Part shown: positions 38,166 through 48,314 of the stretch, piece by piece
Numbering within the stretch: the stretch's first letter is position 1
Layout of the letters: each line of letters opens with the position of its first letter
Source: an uncultured virus (IMG/VR IMGVR_UViG_3300035181_000699)
Taxonomy: Duplodnaviria > Heunggongvirae > Uroviricota > Caudoviricetes
DNA length: 64,000 nucleotides
Reading direction: 5' to 3' (one strand)
Virus record (IMG/VR): IMGVR_UViG_3300035181_000699
Notes under the pieces: model-generated
What the model was told of the DNA's origin: nothing
The model's database searches: none
Seen by the model: the letters and a program-made list of their open reading frames with translations, nothing else
Translations under genes and position numbers: made by a program

Positions 38166-39545
38166 ATGCAACAGGTTGAAGTCAAAAGTACCCCCAACTT
38201 CTGCTACATACAAAACCCTGATGGCAATTTCAAAGTCATCAGAATGCTAGACAAAGAGCTGAAGTTGTCTGTCCCAGGGGCATTCTTTGCTCCTTCTTAT
38301 GGTAAAACATGGGATGGATATGCTCACTTTATCACCCCTAAAGGGAGATTTCTAACAGGTCTGTTAGACCTGGTTACAGAGGTCTGTGTTAAACATGACA
38401 TAGAAGTATCAGTGGTCAATGCTCCCCCGGAGTTTGATTACGACCTAGACCTCTCTTTGAATGGCATAGAACTCAGGCAGTATCAAAAAGAGGCAGTGTT
38501 GGCTAGTTTAGAGGCAAGGAGAGGCATTTTATCCCTAGCTACTAACGCTGGGAAAACAGAGATAGCTATTGCTCTCATCAACTCATTGAAGAAAGTAGGT
38601 CAAACCTTATGGTTGACCCACTCCCTAGACCTCGCTGAGCAGAGTTCTAAGCGTATCCTAGGGAGGACAGGGCTACCTGTTTCACTAGCTTACAAAGGAA
38701 AATATGATTTATCCGGCAGGATAGTAGTATCTACTGTTCAAACTATGTCTAAGAAGTTAGCCCATTATACGGAGGTTCTATCCTGGCTAAACAAAGTGCC
38801 GATAGTCATCCTAGACGAATGTCATCTAGGCTCTGCGGATACATGGATTAAAGTTGTTTCTGCTTGTGAGAAAGCATACTTCAGGTTTGGTCTCTCTGGG
38901 ACACCATATACCGATGATAAAATCCGCAATAGGAAGCTCACCGGTCTCCTCGGCCCTGTGATTTATCACATAGGCAATATGGACCTGATAGATTTGGATG
39001 TTTCTGCTGTACCTACAGTGTTTGTGATACCCTTCCAGCACAAGGAATACCTAGATTATCAACTCGCTGTGAGCAGAGGGGTTGTACATAACATTGAAAG
39101 AAATAATCAAATAATCAATGTCTTACGGAAAGCAGAACCACATACCAAAGGGCTGGTTATGGTACAGTACATCAGTCATGGAAATAACCTTGAATCCTTG
39201 TGTAAAGAGGCAGGGGTAAAGGCTAAGTTCGTAAGTGGTAACGATACATTGGAAACCCGTATCAGTCTGCTAGAGGAACTCAAGTCAGGGGAGTTGAATT
39301 TCCTGATATCTACTAACATCTTTGACTTAGGCATAGATGTCCCAGAACTAGACTGGGTGTTCCTAGCAAGTCCTACCAAATCAGTAACCAGGGTTCTACA
39401 GCGTATTGGTAGGGTTCTTAGGAAATCAACGACTAAGGACAAAGCACTGGTGTATATGTTTCAGGATGAAGGTGACTTCTTCCTCAAGTCAGCATCCCAT
39501 AAGATGCTACGAATTGTTAAAGCAGAAGGATTTGAAATCATATGA
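38166..39545 (+). CDS. SF2 DNA helicase (UvsW-like)
   Basis: ATNAGKT, ILDECH, SGTP and QRIGRVLR motifs. Confidence 0.92.
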   Translation: MQQVEVKSTPNFCYIQNPDGNFKVIRMLDKELKLSVPGAFFAPSYGKTWDGYAHFITPKGRFLTGLLDLVTEVCVKHDIEVSVVNAPPEFDYDLDLSLNGIELRQYQKEAVLASLEARRGILSLATNAGKTEIAIALINSLKKVGQTLWLTHSLDLAEQSSKRILGRTGLPVSLAYKGKYDLSGRIVVSTVQTMSKKLAHYTEVLSWLNKVPIVILDECHLGSADTWIKVVSACEKAYFRFGLSGTPYTDDKIRNRKLTGLLGPVIYHIGNMDLIDLDVSAVPTVFVIPFQHKEYLDYQLAVSRGVVHNIERNNQIINVLRKAEPHTKGLVMVQYISHGNNLESLCKEAGVKAKFVSGNDTLETRISLLEELKSGELNFLISTNIFDLGIDVPELDWVFLASPTKSVTRVLQRIGRVLRKSTTKDKALVYMFQDEGDFFLKSASHKMLRIVKAEGFEII

Positions 39546-39569
39546 GAGGCTTTAGGAGTTCTATGTGTT

Positions 39570-39840
39570 TGAATCTCTCTCGCGCGCTCGCGCTCGCGCG
39601 CGCGAGTCTATTCTCTCTAGAGTACAATGGAGAGAGAGAAGTCTCTTCTCTCTATACTTGTACTCTAGAATATCCACTCTCGAAGAGACTACTCTCTCTG
39701 AGAGTAGTCTATGAGAGAGTGGATATTAAATATACAACTCTCTCAGAGAATATAATATATAATATATACAACTCTCTCAGAGAATATAAAATACAACTCT
39801 CTCTTCTCCCCTCCATAATCCTCCCCTCCTCTCTCTCGAT
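39570..39840. repeat. Candidate replication origin: iteron-like repeats, inverted repeat and AT-rich tract
   Basis: TATACAACTCTCTCAGAGAATATAA at 39731 and 39765, partial copy at 39791; 11-bp inverted repeat at 39686-39710. Confidence 0.6.
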
Positions 39841-39857
39841 TTCTTCCGGAGCACAAC

Positions 39858-40415
39858 ATGTCTAACACACAGCCTGTCACTCTGACGGACTTCTATGCTA
39901 TGTACAGGGAAGGCCAGGTAGCTGCTTTCCAGCGGAGGTTCAGCGCTGTAGTATCCGATGAGGGCCTGGAGTCATTAGCCAGAACCTTTTGCACCCTGAA
40001 ACTATTTCTACCTGACGAAGACATAGAGCCATACATGGGCTATGTCATGAGGTGGGCTAGGTCCAGGGGCATTAGGGCGGACCACCGTCTGTTACGGTCA
40101 ACCAAGCTACTCACTGCGTTCATCCGGCGTACCAATAGACAGGACCGGTATGGCTTCACCAATGTTGAGGCCATGAGAGACCAGTTGTTGCTGAGAAATA
40201 GAACCTTCGCCGACGAATTGACTGCTTTAGTTCTCAAGGTAAAAGCTGTATATCAAGTTACAGGGCAGGACCTGGCTTTTGCGTTCCTGCTGGCGTTAGA
40301 CTCCCGGCACTGGCAGTATTATGACAAATTAGCAAACCTTTGCCGCAAAGTATTACAAGGGGATTCAGCATCCATCAACATCATGAAGGAGAAGGGACTG
40401 TATGAAACCGTTTAG
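39858..40415 (+). CDS. Hypothetical replication protein (possible helicase loader or origin binder)
   Basis: Position between the putative origin and the helicase. Confidence 0.55.
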   Translation: MSNTQPVTLTDFYAMYREGQVAAFQRRFSAVVSDEGLESLARTFCTLKLFLPDEDIEPYMGYVMRWARSRGIRADHRLLRSTKLLTAFIRRTNRQDRYGFTNVEAMRDQLLLRNRTFADELTALVLKVKAVYQVTGQDLAFAFLLALDSRHWQYYDKLANLCRKVLQGDSASINIMKEKGLYETV

Positions 40416-41694
40416 GCTCAGCGAAAGCAAGGCATTCCAAGAAGAGTTGTTCATGTACCTGCTGAAGCCCGAACACTTCAAAGAGTTCGGTTTGTTCATC
40501 CCCCCAGAGTCATTTGTGATTGAGTACCTTGGGCTGGCGTGGGAAGAGGTTAGAGAGTTCTACAGGCAGTATGGCAAAGTGCCTGAACATGGCTCCATAA
40601 TCAGCAGGGTGGTTGACCAAATCCAAAGCAAAGACAAACGCAAGGCTGTCGAGGATGCCCTAACAGTCGTGATGGCAAAACAGCCCAATGACATTGAGTT
40701 CATACGGCAGCATCTTGTAGGATTTGTAAAGCGCACAAAACTAGCCTTGCTGGGGGAGTCAATAATAGCAGCGTCAGAGCAAGGGGAAAACATTGATGTG
40801 CTAGGGCTAAGGAACGAACTAGACAGCATATCCTCGTTCGGTTTTCCTAACGTAGAAAACAGTACATACTTCGGCACATCAAAAGAACGGTTGCTAAAAT
40901 ACATAAGAGGCGAAGAAGCAGAGCTGCTGAATGTGGGCCTGGGCAACCGTATCAGGGTTGCTCGCGGGGAGCTGGCTGCTATACTTGCTCCACCCAAAAG
41001 GGGCAAATCATTCTCCCTAGTCAACATTGGGTATGGGGCCATGACTAACGGCCTCAAGGTGCTGCATATTACACTTGAATTAAGGCAGGAAGCAACTGAG
41101 CTACGGTATGACAGAGCAGTGACTAACCTCACCAAGCGCGCTCTCCGTCAAGCAGATAACTATGACAGAGCACAAGAGCTAATCAACAGGCTGAAGAAGC
41201 TCCGAGGAGAATTGGTTGTCAAGTATTTCCCTGCTAACAAAGCATCCTCCGAAACGATATATGGGCTGCTCAACTACTACGCCACCCAAGGAATCAAGTT
41301 TGACGTATTGGTGGTTGACTACGCGGACCTGCTAGAGCCAACTAGGAAGTATTCAGAAAGAAGATTTGAGTTATCAAGAACATACACAGACTTGAGGGCT
41401 TTGGGCAGCGAATTCAATATGGCAGTCTGGACTGCTAGCCAGAGCAACAAAGCTACCCTAAACGCTGAGATAATCAATATGTCAGACGTAGCTGAAGACA
41501 TAGGCAAAATGGCTATCGTAGATTTGGCTGTTGCTTTTTGCCAAACCAAGGAGGAGAGGTACGGTCAGCCTGAGCGTGCTCGCTTGTACATAGCAGGGGC
41601 TCGGGAAGAAAATGATGGCAGGATTATACAGGCCATGGTGGACCGTGATGTAGCCAGGATTTACGTCGATGAGAACGAAGACTCAGCTTTCTGA
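40402..41694 (+). CDS. dnaB: Replicative DNA helicase (DnaB-like)
   Basis: APPKRGKS, ITLE, LVVDYADLL and WTASQ motifs. Confidence 0.9.
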   Translation: MKPFRLSESKAFQEELFMYLLKPEHFKEFGLFIPPESFVIEYLGLAWEEVREFYRQYGKVPEHGSIISRVVDQIQSKDKRKAVEDALTVVMAKQPNDIEFIRQHLVGFVKRTKLALLGESIIAASEQGENIDVLGLRNELDSISSFGFPNVENSTYFGTSKERLLKYIRGEEAELLNVGLGNRIRVARGELAAILAPPKRGKSFSLVNIGYGAMTNGLKVLHITLELRQEATELRYDRAVTNLTKRALRQADNYDRAQELINRLKKLRGELVVKYFPANKASSETIYGLLNYYATQGIKFDVLVVDYADLLEPTRKYSERRFELSRTYTDLRALGSEFNMAVWTASQSNKATLNAEIINMSDVAEDIGKMAIVDLAVAFCQTKEERYGQPERARLYIAGAREENDGRIIQAMVDRDVARIYVDENEDSAF

Positions 41695-42568
41695 GCAGGT
41701 TATCAACTCCTGGTCTAAGGGGCAGGCTCGCATAGGCCATGATGGCGAAACTAAAGTGCTCTGCCCAAAGTGCATGCATATTGACCACAACGGATACCCT
41801 ACTTTGAACTTCAATGTCACCAAAGGGGTAGGCCGTTGTGTGTTCTGCCTAGCTACTTTTACGACCCTCCAGCTTATGAAACAGGTCAACGCAGTACGTC
41901 TTATGGCTCACAAGCCTTCCGTTGCGTCTCTAAGACGAGAGGGTGCCAGAGGCCCAAAAGTGGAGGCCCCCTCGGCTGACCTATGGACCCCTCTAACCGG
42001 AGCAAAAGGGGTGATGGCAGCTAGAGCAGCAGATTATCTGTTCAAAAGAGGGGCAACACCAGAAATGATTCAGAAGTACGGGGTAGGGTTTGGCACGGTT
42101 GGCAGGTTGCAGGGGAGACTGGTGTTCCCGCTGTTTGAAGACAACAAACTGGTGTATTATCAGGCTAGGGTTGTCGGTAACGCAGGTGGCCCTAAGTACC
42201 TAAACCCATCAGAAAGTGATGCCTGCTTAGGAAAGAGCAGTGTGGTCGGCTACATACAGTATCTTCGGCCCAATGAACCCTTTATCATCACAGAGGGATT
42301 GATGTCAGCTTGGGGAGCGTCTGAGCTGCTCGGTTGCCCCTCAGTTGCTGTGCTAGGCAAGACAATTAGTGATGTTCAGGCCATCAAGCTGTCTAAGCTC
42401 CACCTTGGAAGATGCACGTTGATGTTTGACCCTGATGTCTCTAATGACCAACTGAGAAAGGCCAGTAAGAAATTGTCACAGTGGGGCATAGCAGTGGATA
42501 TAGTACATCTTACAGAGAAGCAAGGAGACCCTTGGGATTTATACAGGACTAAAGTTTTCAAGCACTAA
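41669..42568 (+). CDS. dnaG: DNA primase (Zn finger plus TOPRIM)
   Basis: CPKC..CVFC, YQAR, KYLNP, ITEG and FDPD motifs. Confidence 0.88.
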   Translation: MRTKTQLSEQVINSWSKGQARIGHDGETKVLCPKCMHIDHNGYPTLNFNVTKGVGRCVFCLATFTTLQLMKQVNAVRLMAHKPSVASLRREGARGPKVEAPSADLWTPLTGAKGVMAARAADYLFKRGATPEMIQKYGVGFGTVGRLQGRLVFPLFEDNKLVYYQARVVGNAGGPKYLNPSESDACLGKSSVVGYIQYLRPNEPFIITEGLMSAWGASELLGCPSVAVLGKTISDVQAIKLSKLHLGRCTLMFDPDVSNDQLRKASKKLSQWGIAVDIVHLTEKQGDPWDLYRTKVFKH

Positions 42569-42595
42569 GCTGTAATACAAGAGCGGAGGGCACAC

Positions 42596-43669
42596 ATGCG
42601 GTTGTATGATGATGTTACTGAGGCCACACAAGACCTGTCACAGTGGGTTATGCGCTCAGGAGTTGATAGGAACTCCCGTGGCATGAACTACAAGGAAATT
42701 GTTGACCTCAGTTGGGAAGTAAGCTATCCTCTCGAGGACTTACTGCCTAGACTGCCATCACGCAAGGCCCACCCATTTCAACTGATGGCAGAAACTCTAT
42801 GGGTACTGTCCGGACAAGACCGGATTTCTTTTTTGCAAAGGTACATACCGTCAGCAGCTTCATTTAGCGATGATGGCCTGGTGTGGCCTGGGGCTTATGG
42901 GCCTAGGATTTGTGCAGGTATTGGGGCAATCATAGAAATACTGGCATCCGACCCCGAAACCCGCAGAGCCTATTTACCCATTAACTACCCCACTGACCTG
43001 ACTCGGCTGAAAAGCTCTAGGGACATACCTTGCAATGTGGGAATTCAATTCTATAGGTCCGGACAGTACCTTAACCTGGTTCGTTTCTGCCGTAGCAATG
43101 ACTTGATTTATGGGTACGCCATCAACCACTTTGAATTCTCAGTGCTCCTCGCAGTGGTTGCTGCAGCCTTGCCAGGAGGAGTTATCCCTGGCGCGTACAT
43201 CAATCATGTTACCAGCTTGCATGTTTATGAGGACAAGTATGAGCAGGTGCGTAGAATGATGTCTGACATACCAACATGCAAGTCTATTTCTGGGCATTCC
43301 TGCTTTAGCTTTGACTACGGTAATGAGTGCATAGATACTTATCCCAGCTTGCTGGGAGACCACAATGCTATTTGGATAGTGGTAGAGACATTGTCTAGAG
43401 CTTGGGAAGGCACAAGTACAAGTCAAGTATTAGACACTTTGTATGCCTTGAGAAAGAACCTGTCGTCAGGGCCTAGCAACCATTTTGTCCATGTGTTTTA
43501 TGCTTTGCTGGGCGCGCACTTGCTGTTCCGTAAAACAAACAACGCTGAAGTGGCGCATTGGTGGCAAAGTTTCAAACTACATGAGGAACCATTGGCCAAT
43601 AACGGGTTAGTCGCTGCCAGTAGGCAGTTCTTACTGAGCAAAGACTGGGCTTTGTCTAACGTACTGTAA
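42596..43669 (+). CDS. Thymidylate-synthase-fold enzyme, probable dUMP hydroxymethylase
   Basis: DIPCN catalytic Cys; RSND...N with Asn at the dUMP-specificity position; hypermodification gene context. Confidence 0.75.
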   Translation: MRLYDDVTEATQDLSQWVMRSGVDRNSRGMNYKEIVDLSWEVSYPLEDLLPRLPSRKAHPFQLMAETLWVLSGQDRISFLQRYIPSAASFSDDGLVWPGAYGPRICAGIGAIIEILASDPETRRAYLPINYPTDLTRLKSSRDIPCNVGIQFYRSGQYLNLVRFCRSNDLIYGYAINHFEFSVLLAVVAAALPGGVIPGAYINHVTSLHVYEDKYEQVRRMMSDIPTCKSISGHSCFSFDYGNECIDTYPSLLGDHNAIWIVVETLSRAWEGTSTSQVLDTLYALRKNLSSGPSNHFVHVFYALLGAHLLFRKTNNAEVAHWWQSFKLHEEPLANNGLVAASRQFLLSKDWALSNVL

Positions 43670-43683
43670 AAAAGGAGAAATTG

Positions 43684-44322
43684 ATGGCCTCTTATTCTAA
43701 ACTTGCCCGCAGACTTTCTGACATAAAGAGGTTGCACATGCACCAGCTCCGCAAACCTCAGAGTGTAGCGGAGCATAGCTACAACTTGGCGATGTTTCTG
43801 CATAAAGCAGCTTCAGTTCTCAATGCCAGCAATTCACCAGCAGCTAGAGTTGATTTGACCTACTTGCTGGAACGTGCGTTGTTTCATGACCTGCCCGAAG
43901 CAGTGACTGGGGATATCCCTTGGCCGACCAAAAAAGTCATCAATGAGCTGCTTGGTTCTGATAAGGGCAGTAGTTATGAGCAGGTTGAGCGGATACTGAT
44001 GTGGGAAAAAGCCGGTATCCTAGACTCTGATGCCATACAAGGGAGCATTTGGGGCAACAGTTCTACGCATCAGCTAGAGGACCATTTGGTTGAGTTCGGG
44101 GATATGCTTGAGCTGTTTCTTACCATGCAAGGAGAAGTAGAACTGGGTAACTCTGATGTGGAATATGTCCTTGACAAGGCGACACAAGTGGCTTGGGCTA
44201 GATACAATTATTTCTTTTCTCAGGAAGTCAGAACTTTGCTCTTTTTGACTGAAGAAGTTGCTGCCCTGGTCAAAGCAGTCAATACCGCCAGCTTGGCAAT
44301 TATGGAGGATGTAGGTGTTTAG
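43684..44322 (+). CDS. HD-domain 5'-deoxynucleotidase (YfbR-like)
   Basis: QSVAEHSY and FHDLPEAVTGDIP motifs. Confidence 0.85.
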   Translation: MASYSKLARRLSDIKRLHMHQLRKPQSVAEHSYNLAMFLHKAASVLNASNSPAARVDLTYLLERALFHDLPEAVTGDIPWPTKKVINELLGSDKGSSYEQVERILMWEKAGILDSDAIQGSIWGNSSTHQLEDHLVEFGDMLELFLTMQGEVELGNSDVEYVLDKATQVAWARYNYFFSQEVRTLLFLTEEVAALVKAVNTASLAIMEDVGV

Positions 44323-44992
44323 TATATTCAATATGCTGGCTAAACGGTCAAACCCAGTCATCCTGCGCAATGGCCAGACAACATCCACACTTTACTGCGC
44401 TGACTGTCTGAAGATTATGCCTACGTTGAGACAGGTGGACGCTGTTGTCACAGACCCCCCATATGGGGTGAAGGCAGCGGATTGGGATTATGATATGCCG
44501 CCGCAAGAGGTGCTCTCGCTTTGCCTCAATGCTGCAAGAGGCCCTGTTATGTGGTTTGGCTCCGCGCCTCGGATTCTGGACTTTGCGAACTACGCCCCGC
44601 GCCCAGATAGGATTCTTATTTGGGCTCCGGCCTTTACTCTGTCAAGAACCAGGAAAGACGGCTACGCATATCGCTACCATCCTATCGCATTATGGCGTCC
44701 GGTGAAGCAAAAAGCGATTGGTTGGGATGTCATAAGGACAAATTGCGATGGGCATAACTGGTGGTATCATCCGGCCACCAAGCCAGAGGCGCTAATGATA
44801 TCGCTGGTCGCAGCATCTGGAGGCCAAAGCATCCTTGACCCCTTCATGGGCTCCGGCACGACCGGCGTGGCCTGTGCCAAGCTGAGCCGGAACTTCATTG
44901 GAATTGAGATAAACAAGGACTATTTCAACATAGCAGTCAAGCGTATCAAGGAGGCATTGACCCAGCCACTATTTGGAGGCAAAAATGACTGA
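44315..44992 (+). CDS. DNA N4-C/N6-A methyltransferase (beta class)
   Basis: TDPPY precedes LDPFMGSGTTG; HPATKP motif. Confidence 0.92.
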   Translation: MFSIFNMLAKRSNPVILRNGQTTSTLYCADCLKIMPTLRQVDAVVTDPPYGVKAADWDYDMPPQEVLSLCLNAARGPVMWFGSAPRILDFANYAPRPDRILIWAPAFTLSRTRKDGYAYRYHPIALWRPVKQKAIGWDVIRTNCDGHNWWYHPATKPEALMISLVAASGGQSILDPFMGSGTTGVACAKLSRNFIGIEINKDYFNIAVKRIKEALTQPLFGGKND

Positions 44993-45467
44993 GGAGAGGT
45001 CCACCCATAAGCTAGAAGGTATCAACCTGGCGTTCACTAGCGGTCTCGACGCAGAGACCACCAGTATTATTTTGGACGAAGCCAATTGGTTTGTGGTTGC
45101 AGCCAAGTTGGCATTGGTTCAGAGCCTGACCAAAGCCCCTGGGTACAAAAACTCATGGTGCAAAAGGGGAGACCATGGTATCTTCTTCACTATAGCACGC
45201 AAGTGGGACAGGCTTGAGTCAATCTTCACCAGTGGTAAGGACATATGGAAGGGCTTTGGCGAAGCTGTTGAGGAAACTGTTCTTGACTTAGCTGTCTACT
45301 CTGTGAAGTGGCTTGGGTACATACTTGCTAAGCACCCAGACCGCTATGATAGGCTGGTTGAAAGGCTCTACAAGGAAGTTGTAGACGTGCAGGACAAAAT
45401 TGAGATATTTGATACTGAAACGAACCAAGCTGCCCTGCATGGCTCCAGGGAGTTGGAGCATGACTAA
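44985..45467 (+). CDS. Nucleotide-modification-associated (Nmad1/DUF1599-like) all-alpha NTP pyrophosphatase
   Basis: YxxSWxKRG, ARKWDRL and ETVLDLAVY pattern. Confidence 0.65.
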   Translation: MTEERSTHKLEGINLAFTSGLDAETTSIILDEANWFVVAAKLALVQSLTKAPGYKNSWCKRGDHGIFFTIARKWDRLESIFTSGKDIWKGFGEAVEETVLDLAVYSVKWLGYILAKHPDRYDRLVERLYKEVVDVQDKIEIFDTETNQAALHGSRELEHD

Positions 45468-45717
45468 GGAGGTATCTGCTACAACCATCCCAGCTAAACT
45501 CAGCAAGCTGCAACTCAGTAACGGGGATATCCTGCTTGCTACAGTAGAGAGCAAAGTGACCCCTAGGCAATTGAAGCATTTGCAGGCGCTGCTGCGAGGG
45601 GCTCTGTCCCAGCTTGGTTTAGACGGTGTGCTTGTTTTGGTAGTCACTGAGGACATGCACCTAAACAAGTTGACAGATGATATGCTAGACAGCATGGGCT
45701 TGATGAGGAAACGGTAA
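45460..45717 (+). CDS. Hypothetical protein
   Basis: Overlapping start/stop coupling with both neighbours. Confidence 0.6.
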   Translation: MTKEVSATTIPAKLSKLQLSNGDILLATVESKVTPRQLKHLQALLRGALSQLGLDGVLVLVVTEDMHLNKLTDDMLDSMGLMRKR

Positions 45718-48314
45718 TGCCTCGGTGTACTGACTGTGACCTATGCAAATCTTGCATGTCAGTCAAGATACCTATGTCTGTTGGCAGCGGTTCCCCTAGA
45801 ATCTTGATAATAGGGGAAGCTCCTGGCGCCGAAGAAGATAGGATGGCTAAGCCATTTGTTGGCGAGTCAGGTCAGCTGCTGAGAGATGGTCTAGCTGAGT
45901 TCCTGCCTAAAGATGTAGTGCCTTACATAACTAACGCTGTGAAGTGCCGCCCCCCACAAAACAAGTTGAGTGGCGCCAAGGCTATACAGGCTTGCCGTAA
46001 ATACTTGATTGAAGACATAGAAAATTGCCACCCTGACTTTATATTTGTGTGCGGGGCAGTACCTCTGCAGTCATTGCTAGGGTTGACGGGTATCACTAAA
46101 CTGCGTGGCACTAGGTTGTCCTACGAAGCCTCCTGGGGTGCCGTGCCCGTATTCCCCATATTCCATCCGGCATACATACTGCGCAATATAGGCATGCTCA
46201 GTATGTGGGTGGAGGATATGAAACGTGCCTACAGAACGTGGGATACCCGTGTTGATTCAATCTCAAATGCCCCGTACACAGAGGTATCATTGCAGGAGTT
46301 TGAGGGGTACGCACAACATGCTAAGAGCGTTGTGTACGACATTGAGACCAATAAGTGCTTAGACCCTAAGAACCCAAATGGTTTTATCACTAGGATTGGG
46401 TTCTGTTTGAAGGATGGTGACAAGTATTTGGTAGCAGGGGCAGACCCCTATAAAGACAGTTGGGAACAAGACAGACAAGTTTGCCAAAGGATACTACAGT
46501 TGCCAGGTGTAGAAAAGGTGGCCCACCACCTCAAATTTGACTCTGGGTGGCTGCTAGAAAAATATCAAATGGAGGTGACTCCTCCTTTGTTTTGTACCCT
46601 TGTGGGGTTTTACATAGGGGTCAATGAGGAGGCGAGCAACGGCCTTAAGAATTTGGCCTATTTGTACACACCGTATGGCGGGTACGAAGACAAATTCAAA
46701 AGTGTAGAAGAAAGCGCTCCTAGTGTGTACCCTCTGTCTTGGTTGCTGGAGCAGCCTGATGAGTATCATTCTGTGCTTAAACACTACAACTATATGGACG
46801 TTGTTGTAACTCATATGGTGTATGAGCATGTAAAGCCTATCATTGATGCAGACGAAGGCTTCAAAAATGTGATGTACAACATACTTATGCCTGTGCACTA
46901 TCCTCTGATTCATATGGAAAGCGCTGGTATAAAGATAGATGCTCATTTGCTAGGGCAATACGGCAGAGAGCTACTGAGGAGGCAGGCCAAGTATCATTAT
47001 GACGCATGGGTTGCACTGTTGAAAGCAGGCGTCAAGGGTTATGATATTTGGTTTGAGGAGGGGGATACTGCAGGCTACCTTAACAAGCCTAAGAAAGCCC
47101 CCAGCAAAGGCCGGTATCTAAACTTGGGGTCGCAGGTACACCTGTCAGACATTTTGTACAAGCAGCTTCATCTTCCAGTTGTCAAGAGGACAAAGGGAGG
47201 AGCAGCAAGTTCTGATAAAGAAGCCATAGAACTGTTGTACGACCAGATAGAGGCTATTGTTGCAAAAGGGGACGCAGTGCATATTGAGCCTTTGGACTGC
47301 CTTGTTAAGTGGCGAGCAGTCAGCACGGCGTACAAGATGTTTGTTAAGCCATACGCTGCTATGCTAGACGACGATTTTATGCTGCACCCCAAATATAGTC
47401 TGACCAGAGAAGCCAAGGAAGAATACGGCGGTGGGGAAGGCACAGTTACAGGCAGGCTGAGCTCAGCTAGACCTAACTTCCAGCAAGTTCCTAGGGTTGT
47501 TGAGGAAGGCAACACTAGGTTGAGCAAACTGAGATATGAAGCACTAGAAGGCATCGTTATTAAAAAATTGTTTGTGTCTAGGTTTGATGGTGGTAGTATA
47601 ATTCAAGCTGACTACAGCCAGATAGAGCTCAGGTGGGCAGCCATACTCAGCAAAGATGAAAACATGATTGCTGCATTCAATAATGGGGAAGACATACATA
47701 AATCAACTGCTGCTGAAGTGTTTGGAGTTCCTATATCAGAAGTTGATAAAGACATGCGTAGGCAGGCCAAGGCTGTCAATTTCGGCATATTGTATGGCAA
47801 AGGGTCTAAGAGCTACGCTAAAGAATGGGGCGTGTCCGAGGCAGCTGCGGAGCAGTTTATCACACAATACTTTAGCAAGAGACCCAAAGTCAAATCTTGG
47901 ATTCATAGTGTCCATAGCCAGGTTACTAGACATGGATTTATCAGAACTTTCTTTGGCAGGAAGAGGAGATTGGGTGCTGCTCAGAGCACTAACCAAGGCA
48001 TAGTAGCTGCTGCCTTAAGAGAAGCCCAGAATGCTAACCCACAGGCATCAGCCAGCGACATGATGCTCATTACCATACGGCGTCTTGACGAATTGTTTCA
48101 TAAATTAAACCTTCGTTCTGTGATATGCGGAACTGTTCATGACAGTTTGGTAATTGATTCCCCGCCAGATGAGGTACAAATAGTTGCACCAATGGTAAGG
48201 GCTATTGCTGAGGACTGGGCTAGGTATAAGTTCCCAGTACCAATACTGATAGACGTAGAAGTTGGCAGTAGTTGGGGTTCCACTGTTAAAATTGACAGAA
48301 AGGAGCTAACTTGA
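45717..48314 (+). CDS. polA: Family A DNA polymerase with N-terminal family-4 uracil-DNA-glycosylase-like domain (SPO1-type)
   Basis: GEAPG, PFVG, KCRPP, HPAY; exonuclease DIET; ADYSQIELR, KAVNFGILYG, VHDS. Confidence 0.95.
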   Translation: MPRCTDCDLCKSCMSVKIPMSVGSGSPRILIIGEAPGAEEDRMAKPFVGESGQLLRDGLAEFLPKDVVPYITNAVKCRPPQNKLSGAKAIQACRKYLIEDIENCHPDFIFVCGAVPLQSLLGLTGITKLRGTRLSYEASWGAVPVFPIFHPAYILRNIGMLSMWVEDMKRAYRTWDTRVDSISNAPYTEVSLQEFEGYAQHAKSVVYDIETNKCLDPKNPNGFITRIGFCLKDGDKYLVAGADPYKDSWEQDRQVCQRILQLPGVEKVAHHLKFDSGWLLEKYQMEVTPPLFCTLVGFYIGVNEEASNGLKNLAYLYTPYGGYEDKFKSVEESAPSVYPLSWLLEQPDEYHSVLKHYNYMDVVVTHMVYEHVKPIIDADEGFKNVMYNILMPVHYPLIHMESAGIKIDAHLLGQYGRELLRRQAKYHYDAWVALLKAGVKGYDIWFEEGDTAGYLNKPKKAPSKGRYLNLGSQVHLSDILYKQLHLPVVKRTKGGAASSDKEAIELLYDQIEAIVAKGDAVHIEPLDCLVKWRAVSTAYKMFVKPYAAMLDDDFMLHPKYSLTREAKEEYGGGEGTVTGRLSSARPNFQQVPRVVEEGNTRLSKLRYEALEGIVIKKLFVSRFDGGSIIQADYSQIELRWAAILSKDENMIAAFNNGEDIHKSTAAEVFGVPISEVDKDMRRQAKAVNFGILYGKGSKSYAKEWGVSEAAAEQFITQYFSKRPKVKSWIHSVHSQVTRHGFIRTFFGRKRRLGAAQSTNQGIVAAALREAQNANPQASASDMMLITIRRLDELFHKLNLRSVICGTVHDSLVIDSPPDEVQIVAPMVRAIAEDWARYKFPVPILIDVEVGSSWGSTVKIDRKELT

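Noticed and set aside
39542..39865. 107-aa ORF in the origin-like region
   Set aside because: Low-complexity translation of DNA repeats with no clear RBS
42596..43669. T4-like dCMP hydroxymethylase
   Set aside because: The specificity position carries Asn (dUMP-type) rather than Asp, and the context genes point to hmU
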